From Deltaproteobacteria bacterium (GTDB lineage Bacteria; Myxococcota_A; Polyangia; DRWM01; JAAZOP01), in contig JAFGHH010000322.1 of assembly GCA_016930215.1 (NCBI GenBank), positions 1-54,578 on the forward strand: a stretch of DNA of 54,578 bases, read 5' to 3'. The notes beneath the pieces were generated by a model. It did no database searches and was not told the origin of the DNA. It worked only from the letters and a program-made list of their open reading frames with translations. This document shows positions 43,805 to 51,460 of this stretch, piece by piece. The translations under genes and the position numbers were made by a program. Within the stretch, counting starts at the first letter, position 1, and each line of letters begins with the position of its first letter.

Positions 43805-45367
43805 ATGAACGAAGCAACGACGCAACCACGGAGCTCGGTGATCCCGGTCGCGCGGGCGCACTCGGGCCGCTCGCTGCGCTCGCGCCCCAGCGTAGCGCCC
43901 CTGCCGGATCGGGATTTCCGGCCCTTCGCACTGGCCGCGCTGGTGCTGCTGGCGCTCGTCGGCGGCCCGGCCTGCGACTTCGCGGACGGGACGCCGATCC
44001 TGACCTCGGAGGATGACGGCGGGGACGTCGGCGGTTGCGACCTGGTGGACTGCATGTCGAGCTGCATCGCGGCCGGTCACCGGACAGGCTCGTGTCGTGG
44101 CGATTCCTGCGTTTGCGACGACACGCCCCCGGTCGATGCGGACGCGGATGCGGATGCGGACGCGGATGCGGATGCGGATGCGGATGCGGATGCGGATGCG
44201 GACGCCGACGGGGACGACGACGGCGCCGCCGACGACGGCGAGCAACCGTGCGAGGCGGTGCTGAGCGCGGCGCGGCTGGTGGGCAGAGATGCGGCCGACG
44301 CGGACGAACGACCCGTGGCGTTGCGCTCGGGCGGCGGGTTCGTGGCCTTCAGCCGGCTGGCGGGGCTGGTGGTGGCGGACGCCCTGCGGTTCCAGCGGAT
44401 CGGCCTCGACGGGTCGGAAGCCACGGCGGCCCAATGGACGCTCAGCTCGGTGGAGCTCGGCCCGAGCCACCCGCTGATCGAGCTGCCGGGCGGGTCGTTC
44501 ATGACGGCGTTCTCCGTGCCGGAGGGTGCAGGTCCCGGGATCTGGCTCAAAGCCGTTCCGTCGTCGGGCACGGGCGGAGAGGTCCCGCGACAGGTGCCCG
44601 GGACGGACGAGTTGGACTCCGGTCCGACGCTGACGTTCGACGGCACGGATGCCGTGGTTGCCTGGACGTTGGTCGCGAGGGGCTCGGGACGGGTCGATGT
44701 GAAGATCCAGCGGTTCGTCGCGGCGACGGGCGTGGCCGTCGGCGAGCCGGTCGTGGTTGCGACCGTTCCCGCCGGGTCGGGCGAGCCGCGGCTCGTCTGG
44801 GGTGGCGGGCGGTTCGTGCTGGCGTTCTTCGACGCGGGCACCGGCGCGCTGCGCGTGCTGTCGCTGGACGGGACGTTCGCGGTGACGCGCGAGGACATGC
44901 TGGCGCCCGCGGCAGACGAGGAGATCCTCGGCCATCCGGCACTGGTCTGGAACGGTGCGGAGTTCGGTCTGGCGTGGGAGACGGTCGGGTCGACGGCAGG
45001 CGCGCTGCTGCATCTGGCCACGTTCCGCCCGGACGAGGCGCCCGTGGAGCACGCGATCCTGGCGGAATTGCCGCTGACCAGCGCCTTGCCGAAGCAGGTG
45101 GCGTTGGCGTGGGGCGAGTTGACGGGAGAGTGGGGCCTCGCGTGGCACTTCGTCACGCCGGCCCGTGACGGGATCGCGCTGGTCCGGATCGATGGCGTCG
45201 GCTTCCACACGCTCGACGGGCCGGTCGACGTCGATCCCGGCTCCCGGCTCGTCGCCTACCCGGGTCTGGCCTATAACGACGGCACCTACATGGTGATCTG
45301 GACCGACGATCCGGGCGGAACGGGCACGCGGTCGGTCTACGAAGCGACGTACGGTTGTGCGCCGTAG
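43805..45367 (+). CDS. lipoprotein with N-terminal CS-alpha/beta defensin-like Cys motif and (Asp-Ala)12 linker
   Basis: 520-aa listed ORF; the start is uncertain. LLALVGGPAC is the lipobox. CDLVDCMSSCIAAGHRTGSCRGDSCVC has the pattern C-x4-C-x3-C-x9-C-x4-C-x-C. A DA repeat and a large C-terminal domain follow. Confidence 0.65.
   Translation: MNEATTQPRSSVIPVARAHSGRSLRSRPSVAPLPDRDFRPFALAALVLLALVGGPACDFADGTPILTSEDDGGDVGGCDLVDCMSSCIAAGHRTGSCRGDSCVCDDTPPVDADADADADADADADADADADADADGDDDGAADDGEQPCEAVLSAARLVGRDAADADERPVALRSGGGFVAFSRLAGLVVADALRFQRIGLDGSEATAAQWTLSSVELGPSHPLIELPGGSFMTAFSVPEGAGPGIWLKAVPSSGTGGEVPRQVPGTDELDSGPTLTFDGTDAVVAWTLVARGSGRVDVKIQRFVAATGVAVGEPVVVATVPAGSGEPRLVWGGGRFVLAFFDAGTGALRVLSLDGTFAVTREDMLAPAADEEILGHPALVWNGAEFGLAWETVGSTAGALLHLATFRPDEAPVEHAILAELPLTSALPKQVALAWGELTGEWGLAWHFVTPARDGIALVRIDGVGFHTLDGPVDVDPGSRLVAYPGLAYNDGTYMVIWTDDPGGTGTRSVYEATYGCAP
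44135..44206. repeat. hexanucleotide tandem repeat (GAYGCS)x12 coding (Asp-Ala)12
   Basis: I counted 12 consecutive units directly: gatgcg, gacgcg and a final gacgcc. Confidence 0.95.
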
Positions 45368-45374
45368 GACGGGG

Positions 45375-45421
45375 TGCGGCCGGCGCGATTCGAACGCGCG
45401 ACCACCAGATTCGAAGTCTGA
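45375..45421 (-). tRNA. tRNA-Arg(TCG) 3' fragment (anticodon arm to discriminator), likely att-site remnant, not a functional gene
   Basis: The minus strand reads TCAGA-CTTCGAA-TCTGG (anticodon arm, anticodon TCG), TGGTC, GCGCG-TTCGAAT-CGCGC (T arm), then CGGCCGC-A. The upstream sequence GCGGAGA pairs with only 4 of the 7 acceptor positions, and no D arm with GG is present. Confidence 0.55.
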
Positions 45422-45773
45422 TTCGTAGGGTCTACGGCTCTCCGCAGCTTTCGGCGGCTCTCCCCACTTCTGCCATACGTACAGGAGAATCCGAGATCCA
45501 CGGCTCGACGGCTCTCGACAGCCCTCGACGGGGGGGTGGTTGGCATTCGGGTTGGCATGGTCCAACTTGGTGTCCCGGCTGTTGCACCGACCCCTCCGCG
45601 GCCGCCCCCGGAGCCGGCCGACCTGTGACCCGTCCGGGAGGGGGAGCGGCCACTGGCGGCCGTCCAGGGCCGCGTGGCGCGGTCCTGGCGCACGACCTGA
45701 GGACGAGAAGAACACCGCCGGCACTTCGCCGGCGGACGACGGCGGACCGCTGTGTCCGCGGAAGGAGGGTGCC

Positions 45774-46091
45774 ATGCGGGGGAGGTTCGTGACCGTGGTC
45801 CTGGTGGCGGCCTGGTTGGCCGGCGGGTGCGAGGAGTCGTTCGTGTCCCTGGGTGACGGCGACGCGTGCGAGCCGGAGGCGTGCGCGGCCTCCTGCGTCG
45901 ACGCGGCCCTCGGGCCCGGCGTCTGCCTGGACGAGCTCTGCGTCTGCGGCTGCGCGTGCGCGACCGACGACGACTGCGACGACGGAGACCCGTGCACGGA
46001 GGACCGGTGCGACGTGTCCGTGCACTACGGCGACCACGACGGGCCCGACATCTGCTGGCACTGGCCGGTCGCGGACTGCGAAGGGCCGTAG
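45774..46091 (+). CDS. small Cys-rich lipoprotein with CS-alpha/beta defensin-like motif
   Basis: ATG 45774 is preceded by GGAAGGAGG and lies within listed ORF 45540..46091. VVLVAAWLAGGC is the lipobox. CEPEACAASCVDAALGPGVCLDELCVC has the same Cys spacing as 43805..45367. A DDDCDDGDPCTEDRCD-type Cys repeat follows. Confidence 0.7.
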   Translation: MRGRFVTVVLVAAWLAGGCEESFVSLGDGDACEPEACAASCVDAALGPGVCLDELCVCGCACATDDDCDDGDPCTEDRCDVSVHYGDHDGPDICWHWPVADCEGP

Positions 46092-46176
46092 CGGCCGCGG
46101 TTGAGGGTGCGGTTCGTGAACGACGGCTCCGGCACGGTGCCGGGCCGATGACTGCCGGGATGCGGCCCGGCGAGGA

Positions 46177-46641
46177 GTGCGAACGATGGGGACGAAGGGC
46201 AACAACGTGGTGCGCAAGCTGAACGGCGGAAACGGGCAGGGCGCGGCGCAACCGACGTCGGTGCCGTGCCGGCAGTGCGAGCGGCTGGTGGCGGTGGATC
46301 ACCCGGACGACGACCGGCCGAGGCGAGAGGCCTTCGCCCAGGCCGTCCGGGCGATGATCGATGGCGACGACGGCTGGACGGTGGCGGGCGCCACCGCGGA
46401 CGCGCTGTTCAAATCGGCGAACCCGTGGGATCGTGTGCTGGCGCAGGTCCACTACCTGCAGGTCGGCATGGCTGACGTCGCCCCCGTGTCCGTGACGGCC
46501 GTGGCCTGCTTGGTGGGCGTTCTGCGGGAACTGCGGCTGTTGGACGATCGTGCGGCCGCGGCCGTGCGACAGCTCTGCCAGGCGCTGCTGGCCGTTGTCA
46601 CCGTGCTGGAGGCGGATGCGGATCAGGGGGTGCAGCGATGA
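46177..46641 (+). CDS. hypothetical protein
   Basis: 154-aa listed ORF with plausible composition. Its stop overlaps the next start (ATGA). Confidence 0.45.
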   Translation: MRTMGTKGNNVVRKLNGGNGQGAAQPTSVPCRQCERLVAVDHPDDDRPRREAFAQAVRAMIDGDDGWTVAGATADALFKSANPWDRVLAQVHYLQVGMADVAPVSVTAVACLVGVLRELRLLDDRAAAAVRQLCQALLAVVTVLEADADQGVQR

Positions 46642-47033
46642 AGCGGGCGGCGATGCTGGCCGGGGTTCCCGAACACGACGGCCGTACCGACGCCGAGCGG
46701 TGCCACTGCCTCCGGGAGTTCGCGCAGCAGATCGAGGCGGAGACGCGGGAGGCCACGATCACCGGAACGATCAACGTGTCGGCAATCCTGGTACCGCTCC
46801 AGCGTGCCGTCCGCCTGTTCCCGGAGAAGATGGCCGAGGGGTTCGACGACGAGCGCTCCGCGGTCGTCTGGCTCCTGGCGGCTCTGGAAGGTGCGCTCGT
46901 GCGGCTCGGGCTGCCGGACGCGCACGAGGTGCACGGCGGGCCCATGTTCGGCGACTGCCGCAACGCCGCGGCGCTGCGGCGGCTGTCCCTGGAGCTGGAA
47001 GCGCGACCGGGGCGCGGGCACATGGACGAGTAG
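46638..47033 (+). CDS. hypothetical protein
   Basis: 131-aa listed ORF with balanced composition and an ATGA overlap with the upstream gene. Confidence 0.5.
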   Translation: MKRAAMLAGVPEHDGRTDAERCHCLREFAQQIEAETREATITGTINVSAILVPLQRAVRLFPEKMAEGFDDERSAVVWLLAALEGALVRLGLPDAHEVHGGPMFGDCRNAAALRRLSLELEARPGRGHMDE

Positions 47034-47045
47034 GAGGGAAGCGGG

Positions 47046-47297
47046 ATGGGCGAGAAGACGACGAAGCCGACCGAGTTGATCCGCGTGGTCGACGTGGCGA
47101 AGGCGCTGGCCGTGTCGAAGGACACCGTCCGTCGGCTGATCGCGCTGCCGGCCGAGAACCCCGACCGCCTGCCGAGCGTGCGCGTGCTCGGGCTGGTCGC
47201 CGTGGACCGGGCCGAGCTCGAGGCCTGGATCGACCGGCACCGGACGTCGGCGCCGTCGGAGGTCGGCCACCGGCTGGCTGGGCGGCGGAGGAGTTGA
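47046..47297 (+). CDS. AlpA/excisionase-family HTH DNA-binding protein
   Basis: 83-aa listed ORF. LIRVVDVAKALAVSKDTVRRLIA...VAVDRAELEAWIDRH is typical of MerR-like Xis/AlpA HTH proteins. Confidence 0.7.
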   Translation: MGEKTTKPTELIRVVDVAKALAVSKDTVRRLIALPAENPDRLPSVRVLGLVAVDRAELEAWIDRHRTSAPSEVGHRLAGRRRS

Positions 47298-47317
47298 CGG
47301 CCCCACGGTAGGGGCCG
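47298..47317 (+). terminator. GC hairpin (7-bp stem CGGCCCC/GGGGCCG, 6-nt loop) immediately after the stop codon
   Basis: Read directly from the sequence. There is no U-tract. Confidence 0.3.
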
Positions 47318-47361
47318 CACGATTGGGCCGGGGCGGATGCGGCGTTGCAAACCGTGTCCGA

Positions 47362-47391
47362 GGGCTTGCGGTGCCGCACTCCCGCAAGCCC
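47362..47391 (+). other. perfect 10-bp stem hairpin (GGGCTTGCGG / CCGCAAGCCC, 10-nt loop)
   Basis: Read directly from the sequence. It lies 40 nt upstream of ATG 47431. Confidence 0.35.
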
Positions 47392-47430
47392 GCCCCCGGC
47401 ACCCTGAGCGAGAGGCGGAGGAGCGCGGGC

Positions 47431-48213
47431 ATGTCCAAGGGTTTGATCGCGGAACAGGACGTTGCCGAGCCGGAGCTGTACAGGCCGCGCTTGCTCGGCC
47501 CCGCGGATCCGCCAATCCCCACGGAGCAGGTCGCGGCCGGTCGAGACTTCACGAGGCGAACGGGGTTGCGCCTGGGTGACCCTAGTGCGATGCGCCGCGG
47601 CCTCGGGGCGTACAAGGTCCACCACGACGACAAGCACGATCCGGCTTGGTACTTCAGCGGTCCGCATCCGCCGTCGTGCGACCCGCGGATCGCCTGCTAC
47701 CTTCGCTGGTACGACGTCCTTGCGCGCCAGCGACGCGCCTCGCGCGAGGAACTGCTCGCGCGCTTCATGCGGGTCGGTTTCGACCGGAGACAAGCAAGGG
47801 CCCTCGCGAACGACACGATCCGCATGCAGGGCGCCGTCGCGAACACCAAGGCCAGACGGAAGGCGCTTCTGCGCTGCGCCCGACTGCTTCGTCTTGTCGC
47901 CGGCGATCCTGCCTGTCGAGAACGGATCGACAACCTCTTCGGGAAGATCGAGCGGAGGTCGTTGTGCGCGTGGTCCGCACGCCTCGAGCGCGCCAGTTCC
48001 GCGGATGGTTGGCCTGCGGTCTCGGCCGCGACCAGGGAGCAGAAGGTCTTCAAAACGACCGTGCGTTTCCTTCGGACGTGTGGCCTCCTGAGCGGCGCCC
48101 GAGGGCCGCTATCCGCACGGGACATCCGAGACCTCTTCGTCTGGTCTGGCTTCTACCGCGACCCGGACGAAATCCTGGTTGAACGAGTGCAGCGGGCGAT
48201 CACTCGGCTCTGA
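47431..48213 (+). CDS. hypothetical protein
   Basis: ATG 47431 (MSKGLIAEQD...) is preceded by GGAGGAG and lies within listed ORF 47323..48213. Confidence 0.5.
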   Translation: MSKGLIAEQDVAEPELYRPRLLGPADPPIPTEQVAAGRDFTRRTGLRLGDPSAMRRGLGAYKVHHDDKHDPAWYFSGPHPPSCDPRIACYLRWYDVLARQRRASREELLARFMRVGFDRRQARALANDTIRMQGAVANTKARRKALLRCARLLRLVAGDPACRERIDNLFGKIERRSLCAWSARLERASSADGWPAVSAATREQKVFKTTVRFLRTCGLLSGARGPLSARDIRDLFVWSGFYRDPDEILVERVQRAITRL

Positions 48214-48279
48214 CCCCGGACACAGCTACCCCCCGTAGAATCCAACCTCAGTCCAACACGCCCGCTCTGCGCATCTGAA

Positions 48280-48534
48280 ATGCTTACCCCTGGACGGCAG
48301 CGAAGCCGTCGGGAGGTGACCGTGGGAGAGGTCGTCAGCACGAAATCGGCCGGGCAAATGCTCGGCATGGGCGACGAGGCGGTGCGCAGGTTGATCCACA
48401 CGGGCGAGCTGCGCGCGATCCGCATCGGCCGCCGGCGTCTCGGCGTACCGGTGGAGGCGATCCGGGAGTGGCTCGCCGCGCGTCCGGTCGTGGAGCCCGA
48501 CGCAGCCAAGGGCGCCGCGGGGGCGACTCCGTGA
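48280..48534 (+). CDS. excisionase-family HTH DNA-binding protein
   Basis: 84-aa listed ORF containing STKSAGQMLGMGDEAVRRLIHTGELRAIRIGRRRLGVPVEAIREWL. Confidence 0.7.
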   Translation: MLTPGRQRSRREVTVGEVVSTKSAGQMLGMGDEAVRRLIHTGELRAIRIGRRRLGVPVEAIREWLAARPVVEPDAAKGAAGATP

Positions 48535-48920
48535 ACCAGCCCGCGGACGCCGCTCCGGCACCGGCCGGAACGCCGGACGTCGCGATGTCGGCCCTGGTGG
48601 CCGCCGCCCGTCCGCTGCTGACAGCGTTGGCCGCTGAGCTGGCACCGCTGCTGGCCCGGCAGCTCGGCGGCCGATCCGCGCCGCAGGCCGCCGACCCCGG
48701 CCCGGGGCTGCTGACCTACAAGGCCGCCGCCGAACGCTACGGCGTGACCAGCTCGCGGCTGCGCCGCGCCGTGGCCGCGCACGAACTGCCGGCCGTCGTG
48801 CTCGGTCGGTCGAGCGTGCTTCTCGAGCCGGCGGCGGTCGAGGCCTGGTTGGACCGCCATCGGGTCGGGACGGCCGACGCGGTCCCGCGGCTGCGGCGCG
48901 TCAACGGGGGCGGCCGGTGA
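48531..48920 (+). CDS. HTH DNA-binding protein (excisionase-like C-terminus)
   Basis: GTG 48531 is in a GTGA overlap and lies within listed ORF 48468..48920. It contains LLTYKAAAERYGVTSSRLRRAVAAHELPAVVLGRSSVLLEPAAVEAWLDRH. Confidence 0.55.
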   Translation: MNQPADAAPAPAGTPDVAMSALVAAARPLLTALAAELAPLLARQLGGRSAPQAADPGPGLLTYKAAAERYGVTSSRLRRAVAAHELPAVVLGRSSVLLEPAAVEAWLDRHRVGTADAVPRLRRVNGGGR

Positions 48921-49831
48921 CCGAGCCGGTGCAGCCCTGGGCGCGGGTCCCGCGGTGGGCGCTCGAGTGGGCGTGCGAGATCGCCCCATGGGGCGTCGCC
49001 GCCTTCGTTGCCCTGCTGACCTTCGACGGGAACGGAGCCGGTGCATGGGCGGCAGCCGAAACCCTGGCTGGCATCGTCCACCGGACCGAGCGGGCCGTGC
49101 GGCGGGCCCTGCGAGCCTACGCCGAGGCTGGTCTACTGGTCGCCGAGCGGCGACGCAAGGCCGACGGTAGGTACGACTCGGTCCGGTACAGGCTCGCACC
49201 ACCGGACGCCCGTAGCCGCCGGACGCCCGTAGCCGCCGGACATGCGTGTACCTCACCACCGGACGTCTGTGACCGTAGCCACCGGACGCCCACGTCCGGG
49301 TACCAGGTACATGACCAGGTACATGACCAGGTACATGACCAGGTACTCCCTCCGGGGGGCGCGGCTGCGCCGCCCGACCAGCGGGCGCTCCCGGGTCTGG
49401 CGCAGGAGCCCTCGAAGGCGAAGCCGAAGCCGGCGAGCGTGAGGAAGCCGAAGGCTGGGGATCCGACGTGGCTGAGCCCGTTCCTGGCAGCCTACGTCGA
49501 GCAGCTCCACGAGGCGTTCCCCGCGTCGACCGCGACCGTCGCGAGCATCGCGAAGGCGGACATCGGCGCGTTGGTGCGCCACCTGGGGGGTCCGGCGAAG
49601 GCACCAAGCGTTGAGGCCTTCCGCGCCGACCTGCGCACGTGGGCCGCAACGCTGGGGCCGCGTGACGGCGAGCGCGGTTTCGTGCGGCTCCGGAACTTCA
49701 TCGCCTGGGCCACGGGCCAAGTCCTGACCGGCGGTGCTCGTTCCGGTCGCAGCCAACCCATCCGCCGCGGCTACTCCGACACGGCGTGGCAGGGCGCCAG
49801 GACAGGTTTGGTCCCGATGGAGGGCAGGTAG
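48917..49831 (+). CDS. replication-initiator-like winged-helix protein containing internal iterons
   Basis: 304-aa listed ORF. GTG 48917 is in a GTGA overlap. The wHTH-like segment is ETLAGIVHRTERAVRRALRAYAEAGLLVAERRRKADGRYDSVRYRL. It lies immediately upstream of a DnaC-like gene. Confidence 0.55.
   Translation: MTEPVQPWARVPRWALEWACEIAPWGVAAFVALLTFDGNGAGAWAAAETLAGIVHRTERAVRRALRAYAEAGLLVAERRRKADGRYDSVRYRLAPPDARSRRTPVAAGHACTSPPDVCDRSHRTPTSGYQVHDQVHDQVHDQVLPPGGAAAPPDQRALPGLAQEPSKAKPKPASVRKPKAGDPTWLSPFLAAYVEQLHEAFPASTATVASIAKADIGALVRHLGGPAKAPSVEAFRADLRTWAATLGPRDGERGFVRLRNFIAWATGQVLTGGARSGRSQPIRRGYSDTAWQGARTGLVPMEGR
49202..49299. repeat. iteron-like array: five direct CCGGAC(G/A) copies (including two exact tandem 17-mers CCGGACGCCCGTAGCCG) plus an inverted copy (CCGGACG-ccca-CGTCCGG)
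   Basis: Read directly from the sequence. Direct copies begin at 49202, 49219, 49236, 49259 and 49282. Confidence 0.7.
49303..49346. repeat. 12-nt tandem repeat CCAGGTACATGA x3.7 (codes QVHD repeats), locally low GC
   Basis: Read directly from the sequence. Confidence 0.95.
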
Positions 49832-50617
49832 ATGCCGCTGCGACTCTCGAACCTCTGCCTCGACGATCCCGCGCTCGCCGCCCAGGCGCGGAAGATGGGG
49901 GCCTACTACGACTCGCGGCCCTGCTCGATGGAGTTCGCCGAGGACTGCTCGCGCGAGGACGAGGCGGTGTGTCAGCTGCGCAGCGCCGCCGATTGCCCGA
50001 AGCGGGTGCTGGAAACCTCCGACGCCGAACGCGAACGCCGGCGCCAGGCGCGAGAGGCGTGCGAGATGTCGGAAGCGCGTCGATGCCGCATCCCGGAGCA
50101 CTTCTTTGGCGTGCTCGGCGTCGCGGGAATCTCCACCTTGCGCGAGACGCCGGCGGTTCTCGAGCAGCGGCGCCATCGCAGGGGCGTGCTTGTGCTGATG
50201 GGTCCAACCGGGACGGGGAAGAGCGTAGCGGCCGCGGCCTGGGCCTGGGACTTGCGCGGCGCGTTCTGGCGAGCCGAGGAGATCCAGGCGAGCGATCCGT
50301 TCGATCGCGCGGGAGTCGCAGCGGTCCTCAATGCCCGGGCCCTCGTCGTCGACGACCTCGGGACCGAATACGACGACGCGCACGGGTATTGGAGAACGCG
50401 CCTCGATGCCCTGTTCGCCCGCCGCTTCGACGCCGATCTGCCGACCGTCGTCACGACCAACCTGACGGCGGCGTCCCTCCATGCATTGGTCGGTGACCGC
50501 GTGTGGCGCAGGGTCGGCGAGGCGGGACACCTGTTCGCCTGCACCGAACGGGTGTTCCCCGACGATGCGCGAGAGCCGGAACAGCTTGCGATTGGGGCAG
50601 GGGGTCCAACCGGATGA
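49832..50617 (+). CDS. DnaC/IstB-like AAA+ ATPase (helicase loader type)
   Basis: 261-aa listed ORF with Walker A LMGPTGTGKS and Walker B LVVDDLGTE. It follows directly after the initiator-like gene. Confidence 0.7.
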   Translation: MPLRLSNLCLDDPALAAQARKMGAYYDSRPCSMEFAEDCSREDEAVCQLRSAADCPKRVLETSDAERERRRQAREACEMSEARRCRIPEHFFGVLGVAGISTLRETPAVLEQRRHRRGVLVLMGPTGTGKSVAAAAWAWDLRGAFWRAEEIQASDPFDRAGVAAVLNARALVVDDLGTEYDDAHGYWRTRLDALFARRFDADLPTVVTTNLTAASLHALVGDRVWRRVGEAGHLFACTERVFPDDAREPEQLAIGAGGPTG

Positions 50618-51123
50618 CGACGAACCGACGACGACCACCGCACGGCGCCCGGCCGAGCGCCCCCCCGGTTCCCTCACCCCTTGCTGGCAAGCGATGCAAG
50701 GCGACGAGGCGCGACGGAACGCCGTGCCAAGCGGCGGCCCTGGCCGACGGCTTCTGCGCATTCCACTCGCCGAAGAAGGCTGCCGCCTTCCGCCGCGGTC
50801 GGGCGGCCGGCGGCCGCGAGCGGATGCGGCCGAGGGCGGTCACGCCGCCGGAGACGCCCCCGGCCGACTTGAGCGACACGGCGGCGGTCGTCCGCTACCT
50901 CGGCGTCCTGGTGAACAGGTGCGAGCGTGGGCTGCTGGACGTGAAGATCGCCAACGCCGTGACCGGCCTGGTCAACCTGCTGCTCCGCGGGCTGTCGCAA
51001 ACCGAGATGCTCGCGCGGTTCGCCCGCATCGAAGCCGCGGTGGCGGCGTTGCCCGCCGAGCAGGCGGCCGACGTGCGCGACGAGCTGGCGGCTGTGCGAG
51101 CGGCCTCGGAGACCAGGCAGTAG
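50614..51123 (+). CDS. hypothetical phage protein with CxnCxnCxxH motif
   Basis: ATG 50614 is in an ATGA overlap and lies within listed ORF 50503..51123. It contains KRCKATRRDGTPCQAAALADGFCAFH. Confidence 0.5.
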   Translation: MTTNRRRPPHGARPSAPPVPSPLAGKRCKATRRDGTPCQAAALADGFCAFHSPKKAAAFRRGRAAGGRERMRPRAVTPPETPPADLSDTAAVVRYLGVLVNRCERGLLDVKIANAVTGLVNLLLRGLSQTEMLARFARIEAAVAALPAEQAADVRDELAAVRAASETRQ

Positions 51124-51169
51124 GGGTTGCGGTGGTGTCAGTGAACCAACCAAGGCTGACGGGCACGGG

Positions 51170-51460
51170 ATGAGACAGGTGGGACACATGCCGAAGAGGA
51201 CGACCGCCCGGGTGACAGACGAACTCGAGCACGTGTCGCGGATGATCGCGTTGCTCGAGCTCCGTGGCGCCAGGGTGTTCGACCTAGTTCGCGAGGGCCC
51301 GGCGGATCCGGACGTGCCGCTCGCGACGCATGAGACCGTTGCTGACCTGGAGTTCCTCACCCTGCTGCGCGAACTGCTGCGGCAGCCGAACCTCGAGGCC
51401 GCGGTCGATGCGCTCATCGCGATGGGTCGTCGTCGGCTGCGTCGGGCAGGGGGCGGCTGA
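51170..51460 (+). CDS. hypothetical protein
   Basis: 96-aa listed ORF with plausible composition. Its stop shares one base with the next ATG. Confidence 0.4.
   Translation: MRQVGHMPKRTTARVTDELEHVSRMIALLELRGARVFDLVREGPADPDVPLATHETVADLEFLTLLRELLRQPNLEAAVDALIAMGRRRLRRAGGG

Noticed and set aside
45375-45452. A complete tRNA-Arg gene.
   Set aside because: Only the anticodon arm, T arm and 3' acceptor strand are intact. The putative 5' acceptor strand pairs at 4 of 7 positions. The only possible D hairpin (CGTA-GACCC-TACG) lacks the conserved GG.
44135-49346. CRISPR-like arrays at the tandem repeats (44135..44206 and 49202..49346).
   Set aside because: The repeat units are 6, 12 or 17 nt with no unique spacers, and they lie inside coding sequences.
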